Shown: positions 1 to 12,068 of the stretch, in pieces | Numbering within the stretch: the first letter of the stretch is position 1 | Layout of the letters: every line of letters starts with the position of its first letter | Position numbers and translations under genes: made by a program | From: Steroidobacteraceae bacterium | Lineage (GTDB): Bacteria > Pseudomonadota > Gammaproteobacteria > Steroidobacterales > Steroidobacteraceae | Assembly: GCA_040899645.1 (NCBI GenBank) | Contig: JBBEAB010000064.1 | Span: 14,164 to 68,865, forward strand | DNA: 54,702 nt | Reading direction: 5' to 3' | The notes under the pieces: model-generated | What the model was told of the DNA's origin: nothing | What the model saw: only the letters and a program-made list of their open reading frames with translations | Database searches by the model: none

Positions 1-435
1 GGCTTGCGAAGCGATGTGCCGGGCTTGCTCCGTCGCCCGGCGCCGCCGGCTCGCCACCCGGTTGCGCTCACGCCGAAATGGCCCCGGAACGCGCGCGCGA
101 AGCCGGCAGCCGAGGCGAAACCGGAGGCCGTGGTGGCGCCGCCAGCCGCGCGCGACCCGCGGTTCCGGACGATGGACCGGCTCGAACTGGGCACGACCTC
201 GATCACCGGCAACCAGGAACTGCCGAAGGTCATGTACGTCGTGCCCTGGAAGAAGGCCGAGCTCGGCGACCTGTCGGGCCGGCCCGCGCGGTCCCTGATC
301 GACGAGATTCTGGCCCCGGTGGACCGCGACGTATTTCGCCGGGAAGTCGGCTATTTCGAGACGCTGAGCGAGGAAATCCAGGGCTCGGCGGCACAGGGCG
401 AGAATCCGGTCACGCCGCAAACGGCGCGGCCATAG
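1..435 (+). CDS. hypothetical protein, possibly 5'-truncated at the window edge; first gene of the exbB-exbD-exbD-tonB array
   Basis: ORF 4..435 begins at a TTG. Frame 1 is open back to base 1, so the true start may lie upstream. It sits 40 nt upstream of exbB on the same strand. I recognise no family. Confidence 0.35.
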   Translation, partial: GLRSDVPGLLRRPAPPARHPVALTPKWPRNARAKPAAEAKPEAVVAPPAARDPRFRTMDRLELGTTSITGNQELPKVMYVVPWKKAELGDLSGRPARSLIDEILAPVDRDVFRREVGYFETLSEEIQGSAAQGENPVTPQTARP

Positions 436-475
436 CATTTTGGGCAACGGCTAGGGAGACACCAGGAGTCACCCC

Positions 476-1120
476 ATGGATATGTATTCAACGATCGTCA
501 AATTCTTCCAGGAGGGCGGGGTATTCATGTATCCGATCGCCCTCATCGCGGCGCTCGGTGCCGCGGTCGCGCTCGAGCGCTGGCTCCACCTGTGGCGCAC
601 CGAGAGCGCCAATCGCCGCATGTGGGACGAGGTCGCACCATTCCTCAAGGCAGGCGACTACCGGCGCGCCATTGCGGCGACCTCGACCTCCGGATCGGCG
701 ATCGGCCAGATCCTGGGCTACGGACTCGCGCGCGTGCAGACCGCCAAGCGGCGCGACGACGTCGAGAAGGCGATGGAAGAGAGCCTCATGGAGGTCGTGC
801 CCAAACTGGAGAAGCGCACGCACTACCTTGCGAGCTTCGCCAACATCGCGACGCTGCTTGGCCTACTCGGCACGATCATCGGCCTGATCCAGGCCTTTCA
901 GGCGGTGTCGAATGCCAGCCCCTCCGAGCGCGCGGACCTGCTGTCCGCATCGATCTCGGTCGCGATGAATACGACGGCATTCGGCCTGATGGTCGCGATT
1001 CCGCTCCTGCTCGTGCACTCGGTGCTGCAGTCGAAGACCACTTCGATCGTCGACAGCCTCGAAATGGCGTCGGTCAAGTTCCTGAACACCGTCGTCGAGA
1101 AGCGGGCGGAGCCGGCGTGA
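476..1120 (+). CDS. exbB: MotA/TolQ/ExbB proton-channel family protein
   Basis: 214 aa with a typical ExbB/TolQ topology and a conserved C-terminal TM2-TM3 region (ATLLGLLGTIIGLIQAF...AMNTTAFGLMVAIPLL). An aggagt RBS lies 8 nt upstream of the ATG. Confidence 0.85.
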   Translation: MDMYSTIVKFFQEGGVFMYPIALIAALGAAVALERWLHLWRTESANRRMWDEVAPFLKAGDYRRAIAATSTSGSAIGQILGYGLARVQTAKRRDDVEKAMEESLMEVVPKLEKRTHYLASFANIATLLGLLGTIIGLIQAFQAVSNASPSERADLLSASISVAMNTTAFGLMVAIPLLLVHSVLQSKTTSIVDSLEMASVKFLNTVVEKRAEPA

Positions 1121-1632
1121 GCCTGACGACCCGCGCAGCCCGACGCCACCGGCACCGCGAGGCGCCGGAGCTTTCCATCACGGCCTTCATGAACCTGATG
1201 GTCGTGCTGGTGCCGTTCCTGCTGATCACGGCCGTGTTCGCGCGCATGACGATCCTCGAGCTCAACCTGCCGAGTTCCAGCCAGGCCCAGACCGAAACGC
1301 CGCAGGCGATCAACCTGGAGATCGTCGTGCGGCAGTCCACCATCGAGGTTGCGGATCGCGGCAGCGGGCTGTTGCGCGCATTCCCGGACACCGAAAAGGG
1401 GCGCAACTACGAGGCGCTCGGCAAATACCTCGCCGAGGAGATCAAGACGCGCTTCCCGGACCTGGCGGCTGCGACGATCCTGATCGAGCCGGACGTCCCG
1501 TATGACACGGTCGTGCAGGTCATGGACCTGACGCGTGTGCGGACGGTCATCGACGGCAACCGCGTGTACCAGCTCGAGCTGTTCCCGGAGATCTCGATCG
1601 GCGATGCGCCGGAAGTTGAGGAGCGGTCGTGA
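1117..1632 (+). CDS. exbD: ExbD/TolR biopolymer transport protein
   Basis: Basic N-terminus (RRHRHRE), a single TM (MNLMVVLVPFLLITAVFA) and an ExbD periplasmic domain. The GTG at 1117 overlaps the exbB stop by 4 nt; ATG 1189 is an alternative start. Confidence 0.75.
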   Translation: MSLTTRAARRHRHREAPELSITAFMNLMVVLVPFLLITAVFARMTILELNLPSSSQAQTETPQAINLEIVVRQSTIEVADRGSGLLRAFPDTEKGRNYEALGKYLAEEIKTRFPDLAAATILIEPDVPYDTVVQVMDLTRVRTVIDGNRVYQLELFPEISIGDAPEVEERS

Positions 1633-2150
1633 GCCACTCGGCACGCGCGAAACGCATGGCCCGCCATCACGCGCGCTCGAAACCGGCGTCGCTGTCGCTG
1701 GTCTCGCTGATGGACATCTTCACCATCCTGGTGTTCTTCCTGCTGGTCAATTCGGCGGAGATCCAGACGCTCGAGCCGCCCAAGTCGCTGACGCTGCCCG
1801 AATCGATCGCGCAGGACAAGCCACGCGAGACGGTAATCGTACTGGTCACGAGAGACGCGGTATTCGTGCAGGGAGAGGCGGTCGTCAGCATTGCCGACGT
1901 TGATCGCGCGGACGGCGTGATCATCGCGCCGCTGCGGCGCGCGCTGAAGGCGCAGGGCGACCGTGCGCTGCTGCGCGCCTCGGCGACTGATCCGAGCGCA
2001 CGTGAGATCACGATCCTCGGCGATCGCGATGTTCCGTACCGGGTGCTCAAGAAGGTCATGGCGACCTGCACCGATGCAGACTTCGGCAAGCTGTCGCTGG
2101 CGGTCATGCAGAAGGAAGAGGCGATGAACGTCACCGTGACGGAAGGCTGA
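1629..2150 (+). CDS. exbD: ExbD/TolR biopolymer transport protein (second paralog)
   Basis: 173 aa with an ExbD-type N-terminus (HHARSKPASLSLVSLMDIFTILVFFLL). The start overlaps the preceding stop (ATGA-type coupling). Confidence 0.8.
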   Translation: MSHSARAKRMARHHARSKPASLSLVSLMDIFTILVFFLLVNSAEIQTLEPPKSLTLPESIAQDKPRETVIVLVTRDAVFVQGEAVVSIADVDRADGVIIAPLRRALKAQGDRALLRASATDPSAREITILGDRDVPYRVLKKVMATCTDADFGKLSLAVMQKEEAMNVTVTEG

Positions 2151-2162
2151 GCCGGGAACGCC

Positions 2163-3116
2163 ATGAGCGCACATGTCATGAGCCTGTACCGGAGTTTCGA
2201 CCTGCCCTGGGACGTCCCGGCGGAGGAGCGGGAGAGCTTTCGCCGCATGTGGCGCACGGCGCTCGGCATCGTGCTGGTGTTCTCGATCGCGATGCCCTGG
2301 CTGCCGGTGCCGGAGCGGCCGTTCGACGTCCCACCGCCGATCCCGCCGCGGATTGCGCAGCTGGTGCTGGACCGCGCGATCCCGCCGCCGCCGCCACCGC
2401 CCGTGCAGCCTGAGCGCGTCGAGCCGCGCCGCGACCAGCGGCCGGTCGAAAAGCCTGTATCGGACCTCGCGCGCACGCAGGACGCGCGCAAGAAGGCTTC
2501 CCAGGCCGGACTCCTGCCGTTCGTCGACCAGCTCGCCGACCTGCGCGACCAGTTCGACGTCAAGAAGGACGACCTGAAGCCGCTCGCGAGCGCCAAAGGC
2601 GACGGCGCGACGCCGCGCGCCGAGCGCGCGCTGATCACCGCGCGCACCGGCACATTGACCGGCGGCATCAATACGTCCGGCGTCAGCCGTGGTTTCGGAT
2701 CCGGCACCGGCACGCTCGATGGCCATGGCACGACGCGCATGCAGGTGCCACTCGGCGGCTCGGGCAGCGGCAACGCGCTGTCCGGCGGGGGCGGCGATGC
2801 CAGCCGCACCGGCGGCGGCAAGAAAGCCTCGCGCAGCCAGGAAGAAATCGAACTGGTATTCGACCGCAACAAGTCGGCGATCTACGCACTCTATAACCGG
2901 GCACTGCGCGACAATCCGGCGCTGCTCGGCAAGGTCGTTTTCGAGTTGACGATCGCGCCCTGGGGCGAGATCACCGATATCCGCATCGTCTCGAGCGAGC
3001 TCAAGGATCCGGAGCTCGAACGCAAGCTGGTCGCCCGCATCCGCATGTTCCGCTTCGAGGACAAGGATGTCGAGGCGATGACGACCACGAAGCCGATCGA
3101 GTTCTTCCCGGCCTGA
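2163..3116 (+). CDS. TonB-family energy transducer (TonB C-terminal domain protein)
   Basis: One N-terminal TM segment, a Pro-rich spacer (PPPIPP, PPPPPPP) and a C-terminal TonB_C-like domain (LYNRALRDNPALLGKVVFELTIAPWGEITDIRIV). Confidence 0.7.
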   Translation: MSAHVMSLYRSFDLPWDVPAEERESFRRMWRTALGIVLVFSIAMPWLPVPERPFDVPPPIPPRIAQLVLDRAIPPPPPPPVQPERVEPRRDQRPVEKPVSDLARTQDARKKASQAGLLPFVDQLADLRDQFDVKKDDLKPLASAKGDGATPRAERALITARTGTLTGGINTSGVSRGFGSGTGTLDGHGTTRMQVPLGGSGSGNALSGGGGDASRTGGGKKASRSQEEIELVFDRNKSAIYALYNRALRDNPALLGKVVFELTIAPWGEITDIRIVSSELKDPELERKLVARIRMFRFEDKDVEAMTTTKPIEFFPA

Positions 3117-5387
<2,271 letters not shown>

Positions 5388-5393
5388 GCCCGC

Positions 5394-7583
5394 TCAGTCA
5401 AGCGTCGCGGAAACCGTGATGGCCAGGTTGCGGCCGGGCTCCAGGTAGAGGGGCAGCAGCGGGTCGCCCGGCGCTCGGCCGCGTACCGTCGCCCACTCGT
5501 GGTAGGCGCGGTCGCCCAGGTTGAACAGGCCGGCATCGACCGCGATGTGTTCGTTGACGCGCCAGTGGAACCGCAGGTCTGCAATCGTGTAGCCGCCCGG
5601 CCGGTACTGCGGCGCCGCCGACTCGTCCACCCCATGCTTCGCCGCGACCAGCGTGAGGTCGAGCGCGATTCCGAACGATCCGGAGGGCGCGTCGTAGCGC
5701 AGCCCGACGAAGCCGCGCGGCGGGTCGATGCTGTTGAGCGGACGGTCGCGCACCGTGTCTTCGCCCTCGGTCCAGCCGAACGCCACGCGCGCCCCCCAGT
5801 CCGCGAGCGACGGATGCCAGGCACGCAATGCCAGGTCGAGCGCTGCCTCGGCGCCGTAGATCCGCGCCTCGGCGACGTTACGCGACTGGAACAGGGTCGT
5901 GCCAGTGCCCGGCTCGGCGCCGATGTTGACGCGCGACTCGATGAAATCGCGATAACGGCTGCCGTACAGGCTCACGGCGCCGGTCACGGCCGCGGATGAC
6001 AGTCGCAGGCCCAGTTCGAGGCTGTCGCTGCGTTCCGGCTCGAGATCCGGGTTCGGGATCGCGCGCGTGTTGAATTGCGGCAGGTCGAGGCCAATGTTGA
6101 CGTCGTCGAACGGCGGCGAGCGGAAACCATGGGCGTACTGCAGGTAGATCGCGACCTGGTCCGTCGGCCGCCAGCCGACGCCGAACTTCGGCGAGACCGA
6201 CGCGTGATCGATGGCGACGGGCGGCGCATTCGGGTTGTCGGCCACGTACATCGTGTCCACGACCGGCCGCAACCGGTACCAGTCCGCGCGCAGTGCCGGG
6301 ATCAGCGACCAGCGCCCGTCGCCGGGCCGCCATTCGTCCTGCAGGTAGAGCCCGGTCTCCTCGATGCGCGAGATCGGGAAGTCGCGCACCGGCAGCGCTT
6401 CGCCGAGGATCGTCGCGGTGGTCGCACCGGTCGCAAGGTTGGTCTGCAGGCCGTCGCGCCGCTCGACCACGCGTTTCTCCGTGAACTCGATGCCGCCGAC
6501 CAGGCGGTGCGTGCCCGTCGCAGTCGCGTATTCGCGCGCCAGCGTGGTTTCCAGGCCGGAAACGCGCTCGCGATAATGGAACTCGCGCTCGATCGCGAGC
6601 GGCGGCGTCGCCGGCGGCGCCGCCCGGCGCTCTTCGTGCGTCAGCTGCCGGATCTGCGTCTCATTCCAGTAGGCGCGCCACTGGCCCTCGATGCCGGAGC
6701 GCAGCCCGAAGGGCTGGTCGAGCACGAGTTGCAGCGATTCGCCGCGATCGTCGCCGCGCATGAAAATCGTATTGGCAAAACGGCCGCCGGACAACTCCAG
6801 CGAGTCGACTTCGGTCCGGTCCTGCTGCCGGTTCCAGGCCGCACTCAGCCGCAGCGGCTGGCCGAACCCCCCGTAGATCGCGCGCGCCAGCAGCGCATCC
6901 GATGCGGCATCGCGCGGATTGGCCGGCGGCGAGCCCCCGGCATGCCCCAGTTCGTCGCCGGTGCGGTGCGCATAGGCGAGCAGGGCTTCGAATGGCCCGG
7001 CGCGCGCTGCGCCGGTGATTCCGGCAAACGACGACCCGTCGTCGGTTGCGTGACCCGCGCGTGCGCGGATTGCGTGACCGGCATCCCCGCGCAGCAGGTC
7101 GGATGGGTCCACCGTCGTAATAGCAACGACACCCGCGATCGCATCGCTGCCGTACAAGGCGGAGGCCGGGCCGCGCAGCAACTCGATGCGCTCGATCACG
7201 GCGAGGTCGGCGAACTGGCGCCCGGTATTCGAGAAGCTGCCGACGGCGAAGGCCCGGGCCGCGGGCACACCGTCGGTTTCCGCCAGCACGCGATTGCCGC
7301 CAAGGCCGCGCACTGTCGGGCTGCCGGCGCCAAATCGATGCGGGTCGCGGGCCAGCGAAACTCCCGGTTCATGTCGCAGGACATCACGCAGGTCGAAGGC
7401 AACCGCGATCTCAATGTCGTCGGCGGTGATGACGGAGGCGGTCGCGGCCGCTTCCTGCAGGAGCTGCGGGCGCTTGCCAACGACCGTGACGTACTCGAGT
7501 TCTGCCATGTCACCGGCCAGGGCAGGGCCGACGGCGATGGCGAGCAACGTCGCAGGAATCAGCACGAAGCATGCCGGCATCAT
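5394..7583 (-). CDS. TonB-dependent outer-membrane receptor
   Basis: Signal peptide MMPACFVLIPATLLAIAVGPALA, a TonB box and plug domain (YVTVVGKR, LLRGPASALYGSDAIAGVVAI) and a C-terminal beta-barrel. The start was set at the internal Met with a signal peptide, not the ORF-track start at 7682. Confidence 0.85.
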   Translation of the reverse strand: MMPACFVLIPATLLAIAVGPALAGDMAELEYVTVVGKRPQLLQEAAATASVITADDIEIAVAFDLRDVLRHEPGVSLARDPHRFGAGSPTVRGLGGNRVLAETDGVPAARAFAVGSFSNTGRQFADLAVIERIELLRGPASALYGSDAIAGVVAITTVDPSDLLRGDAGHAIRARAGHATDDGSSFAGITGAARAGPFEALLAYAHRTGDELGHAGGSPPANPRDAASDALLARAIYGGFGQPLRLSAAWNRQQDRTEVDSLELSGGRFANTIFMRGDDRGESLQLVLDQPFGLRSGIEGQWRAYWNETQIRQLTHEERRAAPPATPPLAIEREFHYRERVSGLETTLAREYATATGTHRLVGGIEFTEKRVVERRDGLQTNLATGATTATILGEALPVRDFPISRIEETGLYLQDEWRPGDGRWSLIPALRADWYRLRPVVDTMYVADNPNAPPVAIDHASVSPKFGVGWRPTDQVAIYLQYAHGFRSPPFDDVNIGLDLPQFNTRAIPNPDLEPERSDSLELGLRLSSAAVTGAVSLYGSRYRDFIESRVNIGAEPGTGTTLFQSRNVAEARIYGAEAALDLALRAWHPSLADWGARVAFGWTEGEDTVRDRPLNSIDPPRGFVGLRYDAPSGSFGIALDLTLVAAKHGVDESAAPQYRPGGYTIADLRFHWRVNEHIAVDAGLFNLGDRAYHEWATVRGRAPGDPLLPLYLEPGRNLAITVSATLD

Positions 7584-7674
7584 GGCTATCAGTGTAATCC
7601 GGGCGCCCGGCAGGTACCGCGGCACGCTGCAAACGGCTACCATTCGCCTCCCGCCGGCTGCGCAGGGGCCTGAC

Positions 7675-8157
7675 GTGCACATCGAGAAAAACCGCGTCGT
7701 ACAACTGCATTACACCCTGCGTGACGACCAGGGCACCGTGGTCGATTCGTCGAGCGGTCGCGAACCGCTGACCTACCTCCATGGCAAGGGCAACATCATC
7801 CCGGGGCTGGAGCAGGCGCTTGCCGGCAAGGCGGCCGGCGAGAAGTTCGACGTCATCGTGGCTCCCGAGCAGGGATACGGCCTGCGCGACGACCGGCTCG
7901 TGCAGATCGTGCCGCGCAGTAGATTCGGCGAGGCCGCGGAGCTCGCGCCGGGCATGCAGGTCCGCGCCAGCGGTCCGCAGGGCGCGCGCCTGGTGATGAT
8001 CACCAGGGTGGAGCGGGATTTCGTGACGATCGACGCCAACCACCCGCTGGCCGGCCGCACGCTGCATTTCGCGGTGGAAGTCGCCGAGGTGCGCAAGGCC
8101 ACGCACGACGAAGTCACTCACGGCCACGTACATGGCCCAGGTGGCCACCATCATTAG
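7675..8157 (+). CDS. slyD: FKBP-type peptidyl-prolyl cis-trans isomerase SlyD with His-rich tail
   Basis: FKBP fold with an insert-in-flap domain and a C-terminal HGHVHGPGGHHH metal-binding tail. GTG start at 7675. Confidence 0.8.
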   Translation: MHIEKNRVVQLHYTLRDDQGTVVDSSSGREPLTYLHGKGNIIPGLEQALAGKAAGEKFDVIVAPEQGYGLRDDRLVQIVPRSRFGEAAELAPGMQVRASGPQGARLVMITRVERDFVTIDANHPLAGRTLHFAVEVAEVRKATHDEVTHGHVHGPGGHHH

Positions 8158-8187
8158 GCGATCCACCGCAAGGCGCAGGCCGCCCGC

Positions 8188-10908
8188 GTGATTCATCGCC
8201 AGAATCTCGAGTTTCCGACCAAGGAGTCGGCGCTCCGCGAGGACGTGCATGCGCTCGGCGGCCTGGTCGGCGAAGTGCTGCGCGACCAGGGCGGCGAGGA
8301 ACTGTTTGCGCTGGTCGAGGACGACCGCGTTTCGGCAATCGGGCGCCGCGATGGCAATCCAAACTGCGCGGTCGAACTGCTGGTGCGCACCGCCGACCGA
8401 CCGGCGCCGCTCGCGCGCGACCTGATCCGCGCATTCAGCAAATGGTTCGAGGTGGTCAACCTGGCCGAGCGCGTGCATCGCGTGCGCCGCCGGCGCGAGT
8501 ACCTGATCGAGGACGAGCGGCCGCAGCCGGGCGGTATCGGCGACTGCCTGTATCGCCTGAAAGCCGCCGGTCTCGACGCGCAGCAGGTACTGGATCTTCT
8601 TGCGGGCGTGACCATTTATCCCGTGTTCACGGCGCATCCGACCGAATCCACGCGCCGCACGATGTTGCGCAAGCAGCAGCAGATCGCCGACATGATGATC
8701 GAGCGGCTCGACCCGACTCTGACGCCCTCCGAGCGGCGCTCGGTGTGGGAGCGGATCCGCATGGAGGTCACCTCCGGCTGGCAGACGGAAGCGCATCCGC
8801 ACGAGCGCCTCACCGTGGCCGACGAGCGCGAGCATGTGCTGTTCTATCTCGCCGAAGTCGTCTACCGCGTGGTCCCCGCGCTGTACGAGGAGATTGCGCT
8901 GTGGATGGAGACGGTATTCGGGCTGCCACCCGAGCACGAGCGCATCCCGCTGATGCTGCGTTTCGGCACCTGGGTCGGCGGCGACATGGATGGCAATACG
9001 GAGGTGCATGCCAAGGCGATCCGTGAAACGCTGCACCGCCAGCAGCAGCGCGTGATCTCCGCCTACTACGACGACTGCCGCTCGCTCGCAGGCAAGCTGT
9101 CGCAGAGCGCGGGGCGGGTCGGCGTCAGCCGCGAGCTGGAGGCGCGGATCGCCGAGTACGACATCCTGCTGCCAAAGGCACGCGAGGCCGCGTCGACGCG
9201 CCACGACCGGATGCCATATCGCATTTTCCTCGCGCAGGTCGCCGAGCGGTTGCGAACGACCTACGATGGGCGACCGAATCACTACGAATCCGCCGCGCAG
9301 TTCGTCCGCGACATCGAACTCGTGGCCGCAAGCCTGCGCGCCAACCTCGGCCGGCACGCCGGACTGTTCCCGGTCGAGCGCCTGTTGTGCCGCGCACGCA
9401 CGTTCGGCTTCCACCTGGCGACGCTCGATGTGCGCCAGCATGCGTCGGTGCATCGGGAAGTCGTGCGCCAGGGCCTCGGTCGCGAGGACTGGCCAGGCGC
9501 GACGCCGGCGGCGCGCAGCGCCGTGATGTGCGAGTCGATCACGCGCGACCGCGGCCCGGTCGGCGAGTTCGACGCAGTCGGACGCCGCACGCTTGCCGTG
9601 TTCGAGGCGATGATGCAGGTGCGCTACAAGTACGGCGAGCGGGCCATCGGCGACTACGTGATCAGCGGCACGGAGTCGGCCGACGACGTGCTGTCGGTCC
9701 TGCTGCTGGCGCGCTGGGCCAATATCACCGACCGCGAGAGCGGCGAGGTGCCGCTCGATGTAGTGCCGTTGCTCGAGTCCATGAGCGCGTTCGAGGGCGC
9801 GGGGCCGGTGCTTGGCACGCTGCTCGCCGAGCCGGGCTACCGCCGGCACCTGGCCGCGCGCGGCGGCCGCCAGACCGTGCTGCTCGGCTATTCGGAAAGC
9901 AACAAGGCGGTCGGCATCGCGGCATCGCGCCACGCGATCTACGAGGCGCAGGTCGAGCTGATGAAGACCGCGGGCGCGGCCGGCGTCGACCTCACGCTGT
10001 TCTACGGACGCGGCGGCACGGCAAGCCGGGGCGGCGGCCCGCTCGACCGGCTGGTGCAGAGCGCACCCGCGGGCGCCACGCGTGGCCGGCTGCGCGCGAC
10101 CGAGCAGGGCGAGGGCATCAGCAACAGCTACGGCCTGCGGCGCATCGCGTTGCGCACCTTCGAAAAGGCGGTGTTCGCGGTGCTGCTGGACCGCTTCGAA
10201 TCGCCCCAGGCGGCGGGCAGCGCGCAGCAGCAGCAGGCACTGATGGCCACGATCGCCGCCGCAAGCCGCGCGCAATATCGCGCACTCGTTTATGAGCGGC
10301 CCGACTTTGAGGCGTACTTCCGCGAGGTGACGCCGATCGACGTGATCGAGCGCATGCAGATCGGCGGCCGCCTCGCACACCGTGACGGTGCCGGAATCGA
10401 GGCCCTGCGCACCGTGCCGTGGGTGTACGCATGGATGCAGAGCCGGCACGTGCTCCCGGGCTGGTACGGCATCGGCACCGGCCTGGATGCCGCGGCGCGC
10501 GAACATGGCGCAGCCACGCTGGCGAAATCCTGGTCTGCCTGGCCATTCCTCGCCAACCTGCTGGACGACGTCGAGATGGATCTGGTGCGCGCCGACCTCG
10601 ACATCGCTGCGCACTACGATGGGCTGGCATTGGCAGACGCGAGCGCGATCATCGACCTGATCCGCCGCGAGCATGCGCTCGCGAAACGCTGGATCACCTG
10701 GATTAAGGGCGAGGTGGACCTGCTCGACAGCCGGCCGCAGATGCAGCGCTCGACCATCCTGCGCGCTCCGTACCTCGATCCGGTCCACCTGATGCAGGTC
10801 GACCTGCTGCGCCGCTGGCGCGCCACGGATCGCACCGACACCGCGCTTTACGATGCGCTGCTCGCGAGTGTCGTGGGCATCGCGCTCGGACTGCAGGCAA
10901 CCGGCTGA
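8188..10908 (+). CDS. ppc: phosphoenolpyruvate carboxylase
   Basis: 906 aa with the PEPC signature VFTAHPTE and a C-terminal ...GLQATG end. Full length. Confidence 0.93.
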   Translation: MIHRQNLEFPTKESALREDVHALGGLVGEVLRDQGGEELFALVEDDRVSAIGRRDGNPNCAVELLVRTADRPAPLARDLIRAFSKWFEVVNLAERVHRVRRRREYLIEDERPQPGGIGDCLYRLKAAGLDAQQVLDLLAGVTIYPVFTAHPTESTRRTMLRKQQQIADMMIERLDPTLTPSERRSVWERIRMEVTSGWQTEAHPHERLTVADEREHVLFYLAEVVYRVVPALYEEIALWMETVFGLPPEHERIPLMLRFGTWVGGDMDGNTEVHAKAIRETLHRQQQRVISAYYDDCRSLAGKLSQSAGRVGVSRELEARIAEYDILLPKAREAASTRHDRMPYRIFLAQVAERLRTTYDGRPNHYESAAQFVRDIELVAASLRANLGRHAGLFPVERLLCRARTFGFHLATLDVRQHASVHREVVRQGLGREDWPGATPAARSAVMCESITRDRGPVGEFDAVGRRTLAVFEAMMQVRYKYGERAIGDYVISGTESADDVLSVLLLARWANITDRESGEVPLDVVPLLESMSAFEGAGPVLGTLLAEPGYRRHLAARGGRQTVLLGYSESNKAVGIAASRHAIYEAQVELMKTAGAAGVDLTLFYGRGGTASRGGGPLDRLVQSAPAGATRGRLRATEQGEGISNSYGLRRIALRTFEKAVFAVLLDRFESPQAAGSAQQQQALMATIAAASRAQYRALVYERPDFEAYFREVTPIDVIERMQIGGRLAHRDGAGIEALRTVPWVYAWMQSRHVLPGWYGIGTGLDAAAREHGAATLAKSWSAWPFLANLLDDVEMDLVRADLDIAAHYDGLALADASAIIDLIRREHALAKRWITWIKGEVDLLDSRPQMQRSTILRAPYLDPVHLMQVDLLRRWRATDRTDTALYDALLASVVGIALGLQATG

Positions 10909-10927
10909 GCCGGGCGACGGGGGCGGC

Positions 10928-11539
10928 ATGGGAAACCTGGTTGCTTTGACGAGCCCGGAGCGCAGCGTATGCGTCTACTGCGCGTCGAGTTTCGCCTGCG
11001 ATCCGCATTTCCGCGAGGTCGCGAAACTCCTGGGCGGACTGCTGGCCGGCGCCGGCTGGTCCGTCGTTTACGGCGGCGGGCGATCCGGATCGATGGGCGC
11101 GCTGGCGGAGGGCGCGCTGGCGGCAGGCGGCAGGGTGATCGGCGTGATCCCGCGCTTCATGGTGGACCTCGAGTGGGGCAACAACGACCTTTCCGAACTG
11201 CACGTGGTCGAGGACATGCGCACGCGCAAGCACGAGATGCTGACCCGCGCCAATGCGGTCATTGCGCTGCCGGGCGGGACCGGCACTCTCGAGGAGCTGT
11301 TCGAGGCGATGACCCTGAAACGCCTGGGCCTCTTCCTCGGGCCGATCGTGCTCGTCAACACGCGTGCCTATTACGATCCGCTGCTCGCGCAGATGGCCGC
11401 AGCGATCGACGGCCGGTTCATGGACGAGCGTCACGCGGGCCTGTGGACCGTCGTGCCGGATCCGGAGGAGGCGCTGAAGGCGCTGGAAGCCGCGCCCGAG
11501 TGGACCGCGGCGAGCAGGGATTTCGCGGTCGTGCGCTGA
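10928..11539 (+). CDS. LOG-family protein (cytokinin riboside 5'-monophosphate phosphoribohydrolase-like, TIGR00730)
   Basis: PGGTGTLEEL and GGGRSGSMGAL motifs; about 200 aa with a Rossmann-like fold. Confidence 0.85.
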   Translation: MGNLVALTSPERSVCVYCASSFACDPHFREVAKLLGGLLAGAGWSVVYGGGRSGSMGALAEGALAAGGRVIGVIPRFMVDLEWGNNDLSELHVVEDMRTRKHEMLTRANAVIALPGGTGTLEELFEAMTLKRLGLFLGPIVLVNTRAYYDPLLAQMAAAIDGRFMDERHAGLWTVVPDPEEALKALEAAPEWTAASRDFAVVR

Positions 11540-11557
11540 ATCGGATAAAATCGCTGC

Positions 11558-11947
11558 ATGAACAATGAAAGACCCGGCGACCCGCAGATGAATGCGGCGG
11601 CGCTGTTCCGTGAGGATGTGTTCACCGACCAGCGCGTCGGCACCGTGCGTCGGCTGACGCCGGTCCGGTCGGACGGCAGCGACGATCCGTCGCGGCCGAT
11701 GCTGTTCATCGGCCAGGCGACGGTGATGACGCCGATGGGCTCGTTGCCGCTGTCGTTCGAGCTGGATGCGACGGATCTTGCCGGCGCGGTCGCGAAGTTC
11801 GGCCCCGCCGCGCAGCAGGCGATCGAGGAGGCCGCACGCGAGTTGCAGGAGATGCGCCGTCAGGCGGCATCGTCGATCGTGATTCCGGATGCCGGTCCCG
11901 CCGCGCTGAAGGGCATGGGCGGCAAGGGCGGCATCCAGCTGCCGTAA
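11558..11947 (+). CDS. hypothetical protein
   Basis: 129-aa ORF with a plausible ATG and no recognisable family. It is followed immediately by the composite palindrome. Confidence 0.4.
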   Translation: MNNERPGDPQMNAAALFREDVFTDQRVGTVRRLTPVRSDGSDDPSRPMLFIGQATVMTPMGSLPLSFELDATDLAGAVAKFGPAAQQAIEEAARELQEMRRQAASSIVIPDAGPAALKGMGGKGGIQLP

Positions 11948-11948
11948 G

Positions 11949-12061
11949 AGGGGACGCATCCCTAATAAAAGGGGACGCATCCCTTTTCTGCGACGCGCGC
12001 CCGCATTCCGGGTTTCCGGCAGAAAAGGATGCGTCCCCTTTTATTAGGGATGCGTCCCCTT
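11949..12061. repeat. composite REP/BIME-like palindromic element built from four copies of the GGGGACGCATCCC unit
   Basis: Left arm 11949-11990 (two direct units) and right arm 12021-12061 (two inverted units) are reverse complements apart from a 1-nt indel. They are separated by a 30-nt GC-rich spacer that contains its own CCGG-GTTT-CCGG hairpin. The element lies between convergent genes. Confidence 0.7.
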
Positions 12062-12068
12062 TGGTCGA

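Noticed and set aside
476-2150. Whether the MotA/ExbB and ExbD/MotB-like pair is a Zorya-type anti-phage system (ZorA/ZorB are MotAB homologues).
   Set aside because: ZorA is much larger and carries a long C-terminal tail, and ZorB has a peptidoglycan-binding domain. Here the proteins are standard-sized ExbB/ExbD, followed by a TonB C-terminal-domain gene, and no ZorC/ZorD-like genes are present.
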